DNA of 64,000 bases from Longimicrobiales bacterium. GTDB taxonomy: Bacteria > Gemmatimonadota > Gemmatimonadetes > Longimicrobiales > Gaopeijiaceae. Below, one piece after another: positions 47,056-57,542 of the stretch. The position numbers were made by a program, and so were the translations under genes. Numbering within the stretch: the stretch's first letter is position 1; every line of letters begins with the position of its first letter. The DNA is taken from NCBI GenBank assembly GCA_041690395.1, contig JAWLHJ010000005.1:352001-416000 (forward strand), written 5' to 3'. The notes beneath the pieces are model-generated. The model saw only the letters and a program-made list of their open reading frames with translations. It did no database searches and was not told where the DNA came from.

Positions 47056-48264
47056 ATGAACGTGATGGTCAGCGAGCTCGACGGTACGTCCGTCGCGGCG
47101 GGGCCGGTCGAGGTGGTGGAGCGTAAGGGGCTCGGCCATCCGGACACGATATGCGACGCGCTCGCCGAAGAAGTGAGCCTCGCGCTCTCGCGGTTCTACC
47201 GGGAGCGGTTCGGGTTCGTGCTGCACCACAACGTCGACAAGGTGATGCTACGCGGCGGCTCGGCGCGGCCGGCCTTCGGGGGCGGTGAGGTGCTCGAGCC
47301 GATCGAGCTCTACATCGCGGGCCGCGCGACGCGGGAGTACCGTGGCGTCAAGGTCCCCGTGGACGAGCTCGCCATCGAGGCCTCCCGGTCGTGGCTGTCC
47401 GCCAACCTGCGCGGGCTCGACGTGGACCGTCATGTACGTGTGCACTGTCTCGTCCGACCGGGCTCCGTGGAGCTCGTGGAGCTGTTCGAGCGGCAGCGCA
47501 CGGGCCTCGCCCCACGACTGGCGAACGACACGTCGGTGGGCGTGGGCTTCGCACCTCTGACCCCGTTGGAGCGCGCGGTGCTCGCGGCGGACGTGAGCCT
47601 GCGGAGTCCGGCCGTGCCCGAGCGCGGCGAGGACGTGAAGCTGATGGGCGTGCGTGTCGGCGCCCACACGTCTCTGACCGTGGCGTGCGCGTTCGTCGGC
47701 GGGCACATTCGCGATCTGGATGCCTATCTCGCGGCACGGTCCCGTGCCGCCGGGGACGTTCGGGCCGCGGCCACGGAAGTCCTCGGCGTCGAGCCGGCGG
47801 TGGACGTCAACACCGCCGACGACCCGGCCGCCGGGAGCGTGTACCTGACGGTCACCGGGACGTCCGCGGAGGCCGGCGACGACGGCCAGACGGGTAGGGG
47901 CAACCGCGCGAACGGATTGATCACGCCCGCGCGGCCGATGACCATCGAATCGTACGCGGGCAAGAACCCGATCACGCACGTGGGGAAGCTCTACAACGTC
48001 GCGGCGACGCGGATCGCCGAGGAGATCGTATCGGGCGTCGAAGGCGCGGAGGAGGCCCTGGTCTTCGTCGTCAGCCGGATCGGCACCCCGATCGGGGAGC
48101 CATGGATCGTGCACGTGCGGGTGCGTGCCGAGACCACGGCGCGGGTGGCGGAGCTCGCGCCTCACGCGGACGAGATCGCGCGCCGTCACCTCGCGGATAT
48201 CGGCTCGTTGTGGGAGCTGCTGCTCTCGCACAACCTCGCGACGGACCGGGTGGGTAGCTTCTGA
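47056..48264 (+). CDS. mat: Archaeal-type methionine adenosyltransferase (SAM synthetase)
   Basis: [76 protein letters not shown]. Confidence 0.93.
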   Translation: MNVMVSELDGTSVAAGPVEVVERKGLGHPDTICDALAEEVSLALSRFYRERFGFVLHHNVDKVMLRGGSARPAFGGGEVLEPIELYIAGRATREYRGVKVPVDELAIEASRSWLSANLRGLDVDRHVRVHCLVRPGSVELVELFERQRTGLAPRLANDTSVGVGFAPLTPLERAVLAADVSLRSPAVPERGEDVKLMGVRVGAHTSLTVACAFVGGHIRDLDAYLAARSRAAGDVRAAATEVLGVEPAVDVNTADDPAAGSVYLTVTGTSAEAGDDGQTGRGNRANGLITPARPMTIESYAGKNPITHVGKLYNVAATRIAEEIVSGVEGAEEALVFVVSRIGTPIGEPWIVHVRVRAETTARVAELAPHADEIARRHLADIGSLWELLLSHNLATDRVGSF

Positions 48265-48310
48265 CCCGGCACGTGGGCACGGCGCGCCACCCGGCGCGGT
48301 GAGCCTGTGG

Positions 48311-49054
48311 CTACGGAGCGTCGTAGATGACGGGCGTCTGCCCCTTCCAGCGTGCCCAGAGATCCGGGTCGGTCAGAAGCGAGGCCATGAAGTGCGCCAC
48401 GTTGATCCGACTCGTCCGGCCGGCATCGAAGATCGCGCTCCGCGTCGGCGATGGGTGGAGCTCGTAGCTCGAGACGTCGTCTTGATCGACCAGGCTGTCG
48501 GGGCGCACGGCGACCCACTCGAGGTCCGGATGCGACGGCCCGACCTCCGTTCGTAGGTATCGGGCGGCGCCTTCATTGTCGGCGTGTGGAGGAAGTAGAG
48601 CACGGAGCGCGAGGATGACGAGCCTCTCGGAGAGAGGGACTCGGTCGTCTACTTCGGGGTTTCGCACCCCGGTGGTGTTCATCAGGACGAAGCGACGGGG
48701 CTCGTCACCCTTCTCCGCCCGAAGAGCCTCGCAGATCCGGCGAGTCACGTCGGTCACCAGGCGGTAGGGCGGACCGAACAGGCCTTTGAAGGTCAGGTTG
48801 TGCCCGAGGCACGATGCGGCAGCCTCGCAGCCGGCGACCAGCGCCCGGATGGCGTCGTCATTCACCTCCGATAGGTTCGCCTCGACCACCGAGAGCTCGG
48901 GCCTGCCGCGCAGCGACTCGTCGAGCCGAGCCGCATCCCGCACGACGATCCGGACGGATGCACCACGATAGAGGAGCTCCTTCACGAGGAGGCGGCCGGT
49001 TGCTCCGGTGGCTCCGAGAACGAGGTACGTTGGGCGAGCTTCGGGACTCGACAC
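48311..49054 (-). CDS. NAD(P)-binding oxidoreductase (atypical SDR, BVR-B-like)
   Basis: LGATGATG, WVAVRPDSL, SRINVAHFM. Confidence 0.85.
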   Translation of the reverse strand: MSSPEARPTYLVLGATGATGRLLVKELLYRGASVRIVVRDAARLDESLRGRPELSVVEANLSEVNDDAIRALVAGCEAAASCLGHNLTFKGLFGPPYRLVTDVTRRICEALRAEKGDEPRRFVLMNTTGVRNPEVDDRVPLSERLVILALRALLPPHADNEGAARYLRTEVGPSHPDLEWVAVRPDSLVDQDDVSSYELHPSPTRSAIFDAGRTSRINVAHFMASLLTDPDLWARWKGQTPVIYDAP

Positions 49055-49197
49055 GGTGCGACTCCGTCGGGAAGGTATCGGATATCATCATCAGATCATG
49101 GCGAGACAGGATGAAAAGCACTCCCGCCACACGCGCCGGGGATGAGGGTATGTGGTCGAAGAACAGTGGCCACGTGGGCGAATGCGGGAGACGGTCG

Positions 49198-50181
49198 ATG
49201 CAGAACCAAATATCGAAGGTGGTGGTTGTGGGTGCGTCGGCAGGAGGGATGGAGGCGCTCACGGGCCTGGTAGCGCAACTGCCCGCGGACTTTCCGGCGC
49301 CTGTACTCATCGTCAATCACATGGGAGCGGAAACCACCGGCGACCCGCTGGTGAGGGCGCTGAACGAGGCAGGGAGCATGCCGTGCGGCCATGCCAGGGA
49401 CGAGGAGCCCTTCGAGCGTGGGCATGTCTATCTGGCGCCCTCCGACCAGCACCTTCTGGTTGTCAGGGGCAAGATGCTCGTGACCAAGGGAGCGCGTGAG
49501 AATCGCTACCGACCCGCCATCGATCCCTTGTTCCGCAGTGCTGCGGTGGCGTACGGCAAGGGGGTGATCGGTGTCATCCTCACCGGCTATCTCGACGACG
49601 GCACCAGCGGCATGATGGCCGTGAAGCGCTGCGGCGGCATTTCGGTTGTCCAGGACCCGGCCGACGCGGCGCATCCGGATATGCCGCAGTCCGTCATCAC
49701 GCATGTGGGTGCTGACTACTGCGTGCCGCTCGCGCGAATGGGTTCGCTGCTCGAGAAGCTGGTGGCGCGCGTGGAGGGAGTCAGCGACGAGCCGCCCGAG
49801 GATCTCGTCATCGAGGCGGAGATCGCGCAACGCGTGGTAAGCGACCTGAAGTCGGTGGATCGGCTGGGACATCAGGTACCCTTCAACTGCCCCGACTGCG
49901 GCGGCGTGCTGTGGCAGATGAAGCACGGCAATGTGCCGAGGTTCCGCTGTCATACCGGGCATGCATTCTCATCGGCCGCCTTGCTCGCAGAACAGAGCGA
50001 AAAGGTCGAGGAAACCCTGTGGGTGGCGCTGCGCATGTTCGAGGAGCGCCAGAACCTGATATCCACGATGGGCAGCAGCCAGAAGGATCTGCCTTCATCG
50101 GTGGTCGAGCGGGTCAAGGACTCCCAGGTCCACATCGACAGGATTCGCGCCATGCTCCACGCTACCGACGGAGATGCCTGA
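49198..50181 (+). CDS. Stand-alone CheB-type methylesterase with C-terminal Zn-ribbon
   Basis: GASAGG, VNHM, YLAPSDQHL, RPAIDPLFRS, LTGYLDDG; then CPDCGG and RCHTGH; no receiver domain. Confidence 0.88.
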   Translation: MQNQISKVVVVGASAGGMEALTGLVAQLPADFPAPVLIVNHMGAETTGDPLVRALNEAGSMPCGHARDEEPFERGHVYLAPSDQHLLVVRGKMLVTKGARENRYRPAIDPLFRSAAVAYGKGVIGVILTGYLDDGTSGMMAVKRCGGISVVQDPADAAHPDMPQSVITHVGADYCVPLARMGSLLEKLVARVEGVSDEPPEDLVIEAEIAQRVVSDLKSVDRLGHQVPFNCPDCGGVLWQMKHGNVPRFRCHTGHAFSSAALLAEQSEKVEETLWVALRMFEERQNLISTMGSSQKDLPSSVVERVKDSQVHIDRIRAMLHATDGDA

Positions 50182-50231
50182 TTGCGCCGCCTCCGCTCAC
50201 CCGGTAGCGTCCGATCAGACCATGGAGACCG

Positions 50232-50909
50232 ATGAAAGCTGCTCTCGTGTTGTTCGCCGGCGTCTCTTCCTTGGCCGTCGTGTGTGCCTCCGCGCTGGGA
50301 GCACAGGACGATCTGGCGAGCTACTACGAGGTCCCCCCCGTCGCCCTACCCGACACGTTGTGCGAGTCCCATGTGGGAGGAGACTTCAGGTTGACGGTCC
50401 TCCGTACCGCGGATTCCGAGCGTGATCGAGAGTTGCTTCAACGAGCCGAGAGCCTCTTCCCTCCTCGGGAGTCGATCGAAGCAGAGAGAGCCGACTATCT
50501 GAGGGCCCGGGGTGAGCGCGGCATGGCGGTTCAGATGGAGGACGTCGCCTCGATGGACGGTCCCCGGTGGTGGTGGCACAGCTTCGACGAGACGCTGCTA
50601 CCCTATGCGCTGACCGGTCCTGCTGTTGCGTACTATCTCGAGCGCATGCGGGACCTGGCAGCGGGCCCGAACCCGCTGGCGGAGTATACCGGGACGGATT
50701 GGCATAGCGGTGAAGTGGACTACCGCGCGGGGGTCCAGTGCCGCGGCGATCAGGGTCATTGCGTCGTGGAGATGCGGCTGCGTTGGAAGTACACCTGCGG
50801 CTCCCTATGCGCGATCGGTCTCATCGAGGAACGCTCGGTCACGTTCGATGCCTCGGGCGAGATCATCTCGGTCGAGGGTGACGGACCCCCGAGGTATGGG
50901 GTCAGCTAG
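50232..50909 (+). CDS. Secreted hypothetical protein
   Basis: GGAG RBS, signal peptide, CGSLCA motif. Confidence 0.65.
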   Translation: MKAALVLFAGVSSLAVVCASALGAQDDLASYYEVPPVALPDTLCESHVGGDFRLTVLRTADSERDRELLQRAESLFPPRESIEAERADYLRARGERGMAVQMEDVASMDGPRWWWHSFDETLLPYALTGPAVAYYLERMRDLAAGPNPLAEYTGTDWHSGEVDYRAGVQCRGDQGHCVVEMRLRWKYTCGSLCAIGLIEERSVTFDASGEIISVEGDGPPRYGVS

Positions 50910-50911
50910 TA

Positions 50912-51445
50912 GTGCCCAGGACAAACCATCTCACGATCCGCCTTGGGACCGTCGCGGATGCCGAGGAGGTCGAGGCCGTTCACTGGGCTGGCCTCGAGGG
51001 GGCGTACCTGGGACGCGTGCCGGGTTGGCCCGAGGAGCCGCGCGTGGTCCCTCACCGTGTCGCGCGTTGGACAAACTGGCTCGCGAATCCGAGCATCGAC
51101 ACCGTGGTGGGCGAGTCTCACGGGAGTCTCGTAGGGTTCTCCACGCTGCGGCCCTGCACCGAACCGGACCTGGATGACACCCGTTATGGTGAGATGCCCA
51201 CGCTCTACGTTCATCCCAGATACTGGCGTCTGGGCTACGGCCGCCGACTCTGCCTGGAAACGCTACAACGGGCGGAGGTGAGAGGCTTTTCGTCGGTCGT
51301 ACTTTGGGTCGTCGACGTGAACGAGCGAGCTCGCCGCTTTTACGAGAGTCTGGGCTTCAGATTCGACGGGACCAGCCGGCCCGTCGAAGAGTCGAAGGCC
51401 TCGTTGACCGCCCATCGATACTTCATCGAGATGAAGGGCACGTGA
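50912..51445 (+). CDS. GNAT family acetyltransferase
   Basis: LYVHP..WRLGYGRRL, LWV...NERARRFYESLGF. Confidence 0.88.
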   Translation: MPRTNHLTIRLGTVADAEEVEAVHWAGLEGAYLGRVPGWPEEPRVVPHRVARWTNWLANPSIDTVVGESHGSLVGFSTLRPCTEPDLDDTRYGEMPTLYVHPRYWRLGYGRRLCLETLQRAEVRGFSSVVLWVVDVNERARRFYESLGFRFDGTSRPVEESKASLTAHRYFIEMKGT

Positions 51446-51588
51446 CGCACCTCATGAGACCCGGAGCATCATGGCACGGCAGATGAGCTGGCTCGTGGGA
51501 AAGCCATGGAGAAGATCCTGAGGAAGTAGGGTCCTGCCAGCCCTGTCGCGGGGGCTGGCCGAGCCTACGCTGGATGCGCGGTCGTCCG

Positions 51589-52542
51589 CTACTGAGGGAC
51601 GCTCACCTCGCCGGCCGACAACCGGATCGCGCGGCCGTCCACTTCGATGATGCCCATCAAGTGGTACCGGCCGGGCCCCGCGATGCCCGCCACCTGCTCG
51701 GGGTCGAGTCGACGCTCGAAGCTGCGTGACTCTCCCGGGTTCAGGGTCACGGATTCATCTCCGGGAGGGCAGCTCTCCGGCCACGACCAGACCGGCTCGG
51801 GGACCGGAATGGTCGTCACCTCCGTGGCCTCCCGGAACGCGAGCAGACGCACGGGACACTCCGACACGAGCTCCCTCTCCAACGCCCTGGTGAGGGAGCT
51901 GGCCGAGTACGCGACATGCAGCTTCACGATGGCCTCATCGGTGCTCCCCGCGCCGATATCCTCGATCTCGACCTCGTATCGGAATCCGTCGCGATGCGCC
52001 ACACGATCCGGGAGTGGGTGGCGGCTTGTCGGCACTGTTATGGTTCCGAAATCGAGATGTACGGGGCCCGGATCCACGCCGAGGGTTGCCCGGAAGTCGT
52101 ACGAGCCGGCCGGAAGCGAGTCGGCGAGGATCCCGGCCAGGGGCTGCGTCGTCGCCAGGATGCTGAGGGTGTCCCCGGGTCCGATGTGGTAGGAGTTATC
52201 CGCCAACGTGCACGCGATATGGGTGCTCATTGGCCAGGACGTGTGGGTCGGGCTTCGCCAAACCGGAAGCTCCGCAGCATCCGTGGCGAAGGCTTCGAGG
52301 TGGAAGTCACAAAGCGAGAAGCCGGTAGTCGTTGATTCGCTACCGGTATTGACGATCCCGATCTCCGCAATCAGGTAGGCGATCGGAATCGGCGACCAGT
52401 CCACGTCCTCCTGAATGACCTCGAAGCGCTCGACCACGTACTCGAGTGCTCGGTCGGAGTCCGGTCCGAAGATGCCATCGCAGCCGGACAGCCAAGTCGC
52501 GACGGCCAGAACGAGTGCATAGGTTCGGATGTGGCGTGACAT
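51589..52542 (-). CDS. Hypothetical lipoprotein with two Ig-like (intracellular proteinase inhibitor-like) repeats
   Basis: Lipobox WLSGC; two similar C..L.AF..PVW..C..PG...PG.Y modules. Confidence 0.65.
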   Translation of the reverse strand: MSRHIRTYALVLAVATWLSGCDGIFGPDSDRALEYVVERFEVIQEDVDWSPIPIAYLIAEIGIVNTGSESTTTGFSLCDFHLEAFATDAAELPVWRSPTHTSWPMSTHIACTLADNSYHIGPGDTLSILATTQPLAGILADSLPAGSYDFRATLGVDPGPVHLDFGTITVPTSRHPLPDRVAHRDGFRYEVEIEDIGAGSTDEAIVKLHVAYSASSLTRALERELVSECPVRLLAFREATEVTTIPVPEPVWSWPESCPPGDESVTLNPGESRSFERRLDPEQVAGIAGPGRYHLMGIIEVDGRAIRLSAGEVSVPQ

Positions 52543-52548
52543 GGCTTC

Positions 52549-53405
52549 GTGAGGATGGTGGCGTCGGGATGCGTAGCTTCAACCTGGAACGAGCCGGTGG
52601 CCGTGGATATGACGGGCAGCCGGGACTCGCTCGTCGAGAGCTTCGGCTGTCGTCGTGAGGAAGCTGGTGATTGCGTCTACGATGCTGGCGATGGCGTGCG
52701 CCGGCGGACGGGCCGCCGCGCCCGCGTCGAACGCATCACCGGGCGATCTTGGACTTAAGGTCCCTTAAGGTCCGGCAGGCCCGGATACCGACCGAGATGG
52801 CGTTTCCGATCGCTGCGAGCTCGAGCTGGCCGCTGCGTTCGCTCCCAGCCTCAGGGTGGCCCCGGGCGGATGCAACTGGGATACGTCGGTCGCCCCCGCC
52901 CGGTTGGGCGGCGAATACCTGTTTGCCGTCCAGAGCACGGGCGCAGATCGTGCGCGCGTCGCGTACCTTCCCCGCCCATTGCTTCGGTTCGGGTGACGAC
53001 TGCCGCTGGTATGAAGGGGCTGAGGTGGAGCGGTTTACCTGGGTCGATGGCTCGGTAGGTGGCGCGCCGATCGTCTGGGTGTCCGAGGGTCGGCAGGCCA
53101 ACTACCCGAGCCGTTCGGCCTGCGACGGAGGGCACTCGTCGATCGATACCTGTGACCGGAACGACGTGGAGTATCGATACCCGATCCGAGACGAGCGGCA
53201 GAACATTGGATCGCGGAGCGTGCCCATCGGCTCGGACGGCTGCGTCACGGCCTGGGCCGTGGGCTCGAACAGCTCGATGCCGGCACCGGATGCAGAGGAG
53301 TGCTTCTGGACCGCCGACGTCCTTTTCGGCGGGTGGCAGCGAGCGGGGAGGGGCGAAGGTGTGACGCCGTACGATCGGTACTTGGCCGAGATCGCGCGGT
53401 TCTGA
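52549..53405 (+). pseudogene. Fragmented Cys-rich secreted protein gene
   Basis: Protein-like 5' piece (ASGC..) and 3' piece (AHCFG..APIVWVSEGRQANYPS..FGGWQ) lie in different frames; 10-bp duplication between them. Confidence 0.4.
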
Positions 53406-53451
53406 CGACGTACGAAGTGGTCTGTGGGGGAATATCCAACCAGGAGTAGGC

Positions 53452-54000
53452 GTGGAACTGAAAGTCGATGAACAGCTCCTCCGCAGCGTACTCGGAGTCT
53501 TGCCGGAGTTCGTCGTGGTCGTCGACCGGGGGCGCTCCATACGATTCGTCAGTCGCGTCGCCCCCGAGTACGACCCTGCGGATTTCCTGGGGAAGAGCGC
53601 AGAAGAGACGCTCTTCCTGGAATCTCGGGATGTTCTGAGGCAGGCTCTGGATCTCGTCTTCGAGAGCGGAGAGGCGCAGAGCTACGAAGTGGAGGCTCTG
53701 CTTCCCGACGGGACCGTGGCCTGGTACCACGGCGAGGCCAAGCCTCTCGTGGAGAGCGGGGAAGTCGTCGGTGCCGTGATCCGCGTCGATGACATCACTG
53801 AGCTCAAGGACGTGCAGGAGGAGCTTGCCCAGATTCGCCGCCTCCTTCCGATGTGCGCATGGTGTGGCCGCATCCAGACCGAGGACGGCTCGTGGGAAGG
53901 CATCAGTGCCTACCTGAAAAGGGTGGAGGGCACCGACGTCTCCCATGGACTCTGTCCCGAGTGCGAGCGCGGCCAGTTGGAGCAGGCCGGGGGAACGTAG
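53452..54000 (+). CDS. PAS-domain protein with C-terminal Cys/His Zn-binding module
   Basis: PAS-like region ending DDITELK; LLPMCAWCGRI...VSHGLCPEC; AGGAG RBS. Confidence 0.82.
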   Translation: MELKVDEQLLRSVLGVLPEFVVVVDRGRSIRFVSRVAPEYDPADFLGKSAEETLFLESRDVLRQALDLVFESGEAQSYEVEALLPDGTVAWYHGEAKPLVESGEVVGAVIRVDDITELKDVQEELAQIRRLLPMCAWCGRIQTEDGSWEGISAYLKRVEGTDVSHGLCPECERGQLEQAGGT

Positions 54001-54106
54001 CGGGGAGACCGCGGCAGTTTCACCCGCCGGCGTGGCGATTCGGCTGGCCCCGGAAGCACTCGCGACGTAACGTGGAGTCAAGGAGCTTTCACAGGGGAGG
54101 TGTGGA

Positions 54107-54541
54107 ATGAACCGTAGCTGCTTGGGGATGGCTGCTTCCGTGTTGCTTGTCGGCTGTGCGACGACTCCTCCGGCCGTCGTGGAGACCGCGCCCGCTGGTG
54201 GTGATGCGATGACATGCGCCGCCGGCGTGCTTGCCGACAGGGGCTACGACGTGCGCGGAGCGGACCGGGCCGCGCTCACCCTCGAGGCGGAAGTGCGGCG
54301 AGATTATTCACCGATCGGGGCCGTTCGGGAGATCATCACCACCTCCCTCGATCCAGCATCGACGCCCGCGGCGCTCACGGTGGCGGCCCGCGCCTGGGAG
54401 TACCAGGCGGCGCAGCATAGCCTGCCGGTGAACCGACAGTCGATCACGGAGGTTCGTCCCTCCGGCGAGGTGGCCGCGGATGCGCGATTGGTTCTCGAGA
54501 CCTGCGGCCTTGGGAACGGCATGAGGGGCGCCGAGCGGTAG
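54107..54541 (+). CDS. Hypothetical lipoprotein
   Basis: GGAGG RBS; lipobox LLVGC. Confidence 0.7.
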   Translation: MNRSCLGMAASVLLVGCATTPPAVVETAPAGGDAMTCAAGVLADRGYDVRGADRAALTLEAEVRRDYSPIGAVREIITTSLDPASTPAALTVAARAWEYQAAQHSLPVNRQSITEVRPSGEVAADARLVLETCGLGNGMRGAER

Positions 54542-54567
54542 CATGACGAAGTAGTTGGGCTCGGCTC

Positions 54568-55695
54568 GTGTTCGCGTGTAGGCCACGCGGTGGTGGTCGC
54601 CTCGGTGGTCGCCACGGGATCCTGATGCTTCTTCTAGCCAGTGCGGGCGTGCAGGCGCAGGAGACCGTGTCGGTCCCGGAGGAACCGGCATGCTCTTGCT
54701 GGCTCGAAGCAGAGCTCGTTGCGACCCTCGTGGACGACGATGGCCGAGCCGGGCTATCGAATCCGCTCGTTGTCGAACGGACTGCGGGCGGTCAATACCT
54801 TGTCGTGCCGGCCAACCGTCAGGGCGCGGTCCTCTTGTTCGATTCCCTGGGGACTTTCGTACGCCCGGTTGGCCGACCCGGGGACGGGCCGCAGGAGTTC
54901 CGAGGCGTGATCGCCATACAGCCGGGGTTGGGCGACAGCATCCTGATCATGGACGCAGGTGCGGGGCGGATCGCGGTACTCGATCCCAGACTCAGGGTCG
55001 CGCGAACCGCGCGTATCCCCGTTTTCAGCGCGTGGTTCGGCACGACCGAGGTGGGCGACATCGTGGTCCAGACCGCGATTCCTCGCGGGGCGGCGCAGGA
55101 TCGCATACGTGTCTTCGATACGGCCATGACACCCGTCCGCTCGTTCATGCCCAGCGATCCCGTTGGACCCCGTGCTCCCGTGGCGTCACTTCGCCGGCGC
55201 CTCACGGTCTCCATGGACGGTCAACTGGCCGTTGCTCACAACGACCGCTATGCGGTGGAGCTTTGGAGCCTGTCGGGTGAGCACATCAAGACGCTGACGC
55301 GAAGTCCCGATTGGTTCCAATCTGCAACGATGCCAGCAGACGCCCGGCAAGCTCCGCCGCCCCGGCTGGAGACGCCTCGCATCGATGCCGAGGGAAGGAT
55401 CTGGACGGTAGCGCACGTCCCGGACCCGGCATGGGAGGATGCGCTCGAGAATGTCAGAGACCGCTCCGGTCGGGCGGCTCCCGGACTTCGCGAGGGCGCC
55501 CAGAGCAGCCTATTGGACTCGGTGGTGGAGATCCTCGACCCCGAGACCGCGACGCTCCTCGCGTCCCTGCGCATCGATGCGCATGTCGTCTTCATTTCAC
55601 CCGACGGCTTCGCGGCCAGCTACCGGCAGGACGATCTTGGACAGCCATACATCGACATATGGAAGTTCACGTTGGTCTCGCCGGGTGTCCTTTGA
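54568..55695 (+). CDS. Secreted six-bladed beta-propeller (NHL/TolB-like) protein
   Basis: FDSLGTFVRPVGRPGDGPQEF, GDSILIMD, DAEGRIW; start uncertain. Confidence 0.75.
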   Translation: MFACRPRGGGRLGGRHGILMLLLASAGVQAQETVSVPEEPACSCWLEAELVATLVDDDGRAGLSNPLVVERTAGGQYLVVPANRQGAVLLFDSLGTFVRPVGRPGDGPQEFRGVIAIQPGLGDSILIMDAGAGRIAVLDPRLRVARTARIPVFSAWFGTTEVGDIVVQTAIPRGAAQDRIRVFDTAMTPVRSFMPSDPVGPRAPVASLRRRLTVSMDGQLAVAHNDRYAVELWSLSGEHIKTLTRSPDWFQSATMPADARQAPPPRLETPRIDAEGRIWTVAHVPDPAWEDALENVRDRSGRAAPGLREGAQSSLLDSVVEILDPETATLLASLRIDAHVVFISPDGFAASYRQDDLGQPYIDIWKFTLVSPGVL

Positions 55696-56602
55696 CCACA
55701 GGCTCCAGAATGCGAGATCCGGACCTGGATAGGTCTGCTCGGTTCTCCCCTGACCGGTAAACGTGCCGCAGTGCCCGGGTCAACGCCACCGGCACCACCG
55801 AGGTGTGCGACTCGCCTTCGGCGATGAAGGTGGCGAGGTCCAACGACGGGTAGCCCCGCTGCCGGAGCCGGGTGCTCAGCTCCCGGACGTTCGAGATCAT
55901 TCGGAATGAGGCCAGGGAGGGGATGTCGTCCCGCTCCTCCTCGGCGCCGACGGCCAGGAACAGCGTGGCTGGCAGGTCGTCAGGAGACTCGGCGACGGCG
56001 GCCTCCCGCTTCATCAGGACCTGGTCGTCCCACCACAGTGCGGGACTGACCGCAACGTACGCGTCGAACGCTTCGGGTCGTTCCAGCAACGCGTACAACG
56101 TGAACAGCCCACCGAGCGACGAGCCGAACAAGGTCGCGCCGCGGGCCGCGACGTCGTAGCGCTCTTCGATGAACGGCCTCACCTCCTCGGTCAGGAAAGC
56201 GAGGAACTCGCTGGCGCGTCCGAGTCTCCGGCCTTCGGGGAGGGTAGGCGCCGGCGCGCCCGGGAGTGATCCGTACAGGGCTTCCATCCGCGCATCGACC
56301 GAAGGAGTGAAGTCGCGGGCTCGTAGCTCGGCCTGTATGGCCGGGCTCTCGGTGTCGTATGCGATCCCGACGATGAGCAGCGGGGGAAGCTCCCCGTAGA
56401 GCTGGCTCATGAGTCGCGTCATCTCGACGGCCGTGCCGAAGAAGAGGTTCGCGTCGAGAACGTAGAGGACCTGTCGCGGCCCCGGTGCCATGGGCATCAC
56501 CCCGGCCATGGGTGTGGCGACCCAAAGCTGGAAGTCGGCGTCCGCATGGCGCGAACGCAGGTCGAACACTTCGGTCCGTGGGATCGTGACGGGCGTGGTC
56601 AT
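55667..56602 (-). CDS. Alpha/beta hydrolase (IroE-like esterase)
   Basis: VLYVLDAN, IVGIAY, RARDFTP, GSSLGG, SPALWW, GESH. Confidence 0.88.
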   Translation of the reverse strand: MTTPVTIPRTEVFDLRSRHADADFQLWVATPMAGVMPMAPGPRQVLYVLDANLFFGTAVEMTRLMSQLYGELPPLLIVGIAYDTESPAIQAELRARDFTPSVDARMEALYGSLPGAPAPTLPEGRRLGRASEFLAFLTEEVRPFIEERYDVAARGATLFGSSLGGLFTLYALLERPEAFDAYVAVSPALWWDDQVLMKREAAVAESPDDLPATLFLAVGAEEERDDIPSLASFRMISNVRELSTRLRQRGYPSLDLATFIAEGESHTSVVPVALTRALRHVYRSGENRADLSRSGSRILEPVVKGHPARPT

Positions 56603-56728
56603 GGCGGGAGCCTCCTGGGCGGCGCGTGAGAGGAGACGCTACGGCCTCACGCAGCGTGAGGGTCAAGGGGCGCCGACGCAGGTGCCGCGCTGCGGATCAC
56701 TCGACGGATTGCGCTCCGTCACCCTATC

Positions 56729-57514
56729 GTGGTTCCGATGGTCGGTATTCCCGACGGACTCGGAGGGCATATGGTCGATTTTCTGGTGCCCGACTCCTGG
56801 GCATCATCGGACCTGTTGCCGGGACGCACCGTCTCTTGCCCGCGGACGTCCACGCTCGGACCGACCCCCGTTCAGGGATACGGAGTGCGGCTTGTGTCCG
56901 TCGGCCCGGCGAAGCTCGCCTCGGATCCCATCCGTGATGAGCGGACAGGTCGCGCCGCACCGCGGGTATGGCGCAGGACGGTGCGGCTCGGCAAGATCGA
57001 GTTCGACGTTCCGGACTCCCTCTTGTCGGAACTCCGGACCGGCGACCGGATTCGCGTTCACCTCGGGGAAGGGCGCGCGGCGGTGTCGCTGTTTCGGGAG
57101 GGTCGGGTGACGCTCGCCTATGGCGCGTTGGTGGGGGCCGACCTGGGCGATCTCGTACGGATCAAGGCCGGCTTCGACAGCCGTACGGACGATGCCAGCA
57201 CCATGCTCCTTCCCTGGATCATCGGTGGGGTGCCCGCGCCCCTGGACGACAGGTCCCTCATCATTGCCATCGGTGCGGACGTCGTTGGCGTAACCGCCAG
57301 TGGGTCGGGAAGGCACGACCGCTACGCTATCTGGGTGGGCAATCGCCCTGGCAACGACTCCGAGCGGCCGGAGTGCCTTGCTTTGACGCTTCGAGGAGTC
57401 GTCTCAGAAGGGACGGTGATCCGGGCCGCACAGATGCTGGATGTGATGGGGGTGCGCCGAACGGGCTCGCCCGCTATCGGTTCCTCTGGCCCGCCCCTAG
57501 ATTTCAAGGAGTAG
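56729..57514 (+). CDS. Hypothetical protein (possibly a fragment)
   Basis: Longest ORF in the gap with plausible composition; no recognised motif. Confidence 0.35.
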   Translation: MVPMVGIPDGLGGHMVDFLVPDSWASSDLLPGRTVSCPRTSTLGPTPVQGYGVRLVSVGPAKLASDPIRDERTGRAAPRVWRRTVRLGKIEFDVPDSLLSELRTGDRIRVHLGEGRAAVSLFREGRVTLAYGALVGADLGDLVRIKAGFDSRTDDASTMLLPWIIGGVPAPLDDRSLIIAIGADVVGVTASGSGRHDRYAIWVGNRPGNDSERPECLALTLRGVVSEGTVIRAAQMLDVMGVRRTGSPAIGSSGPPLDFKE

Positions 57515-57542
57515 GTAGGCGCCACCTTTCGAGGAGCGTGGG

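Noticed and set aside
57494..57512. CCCCTAGATTTCAAGGAG as another PadR site
   Set aside because: Spacing differs from the two sites upstream of padR and it lies within an ORF end.
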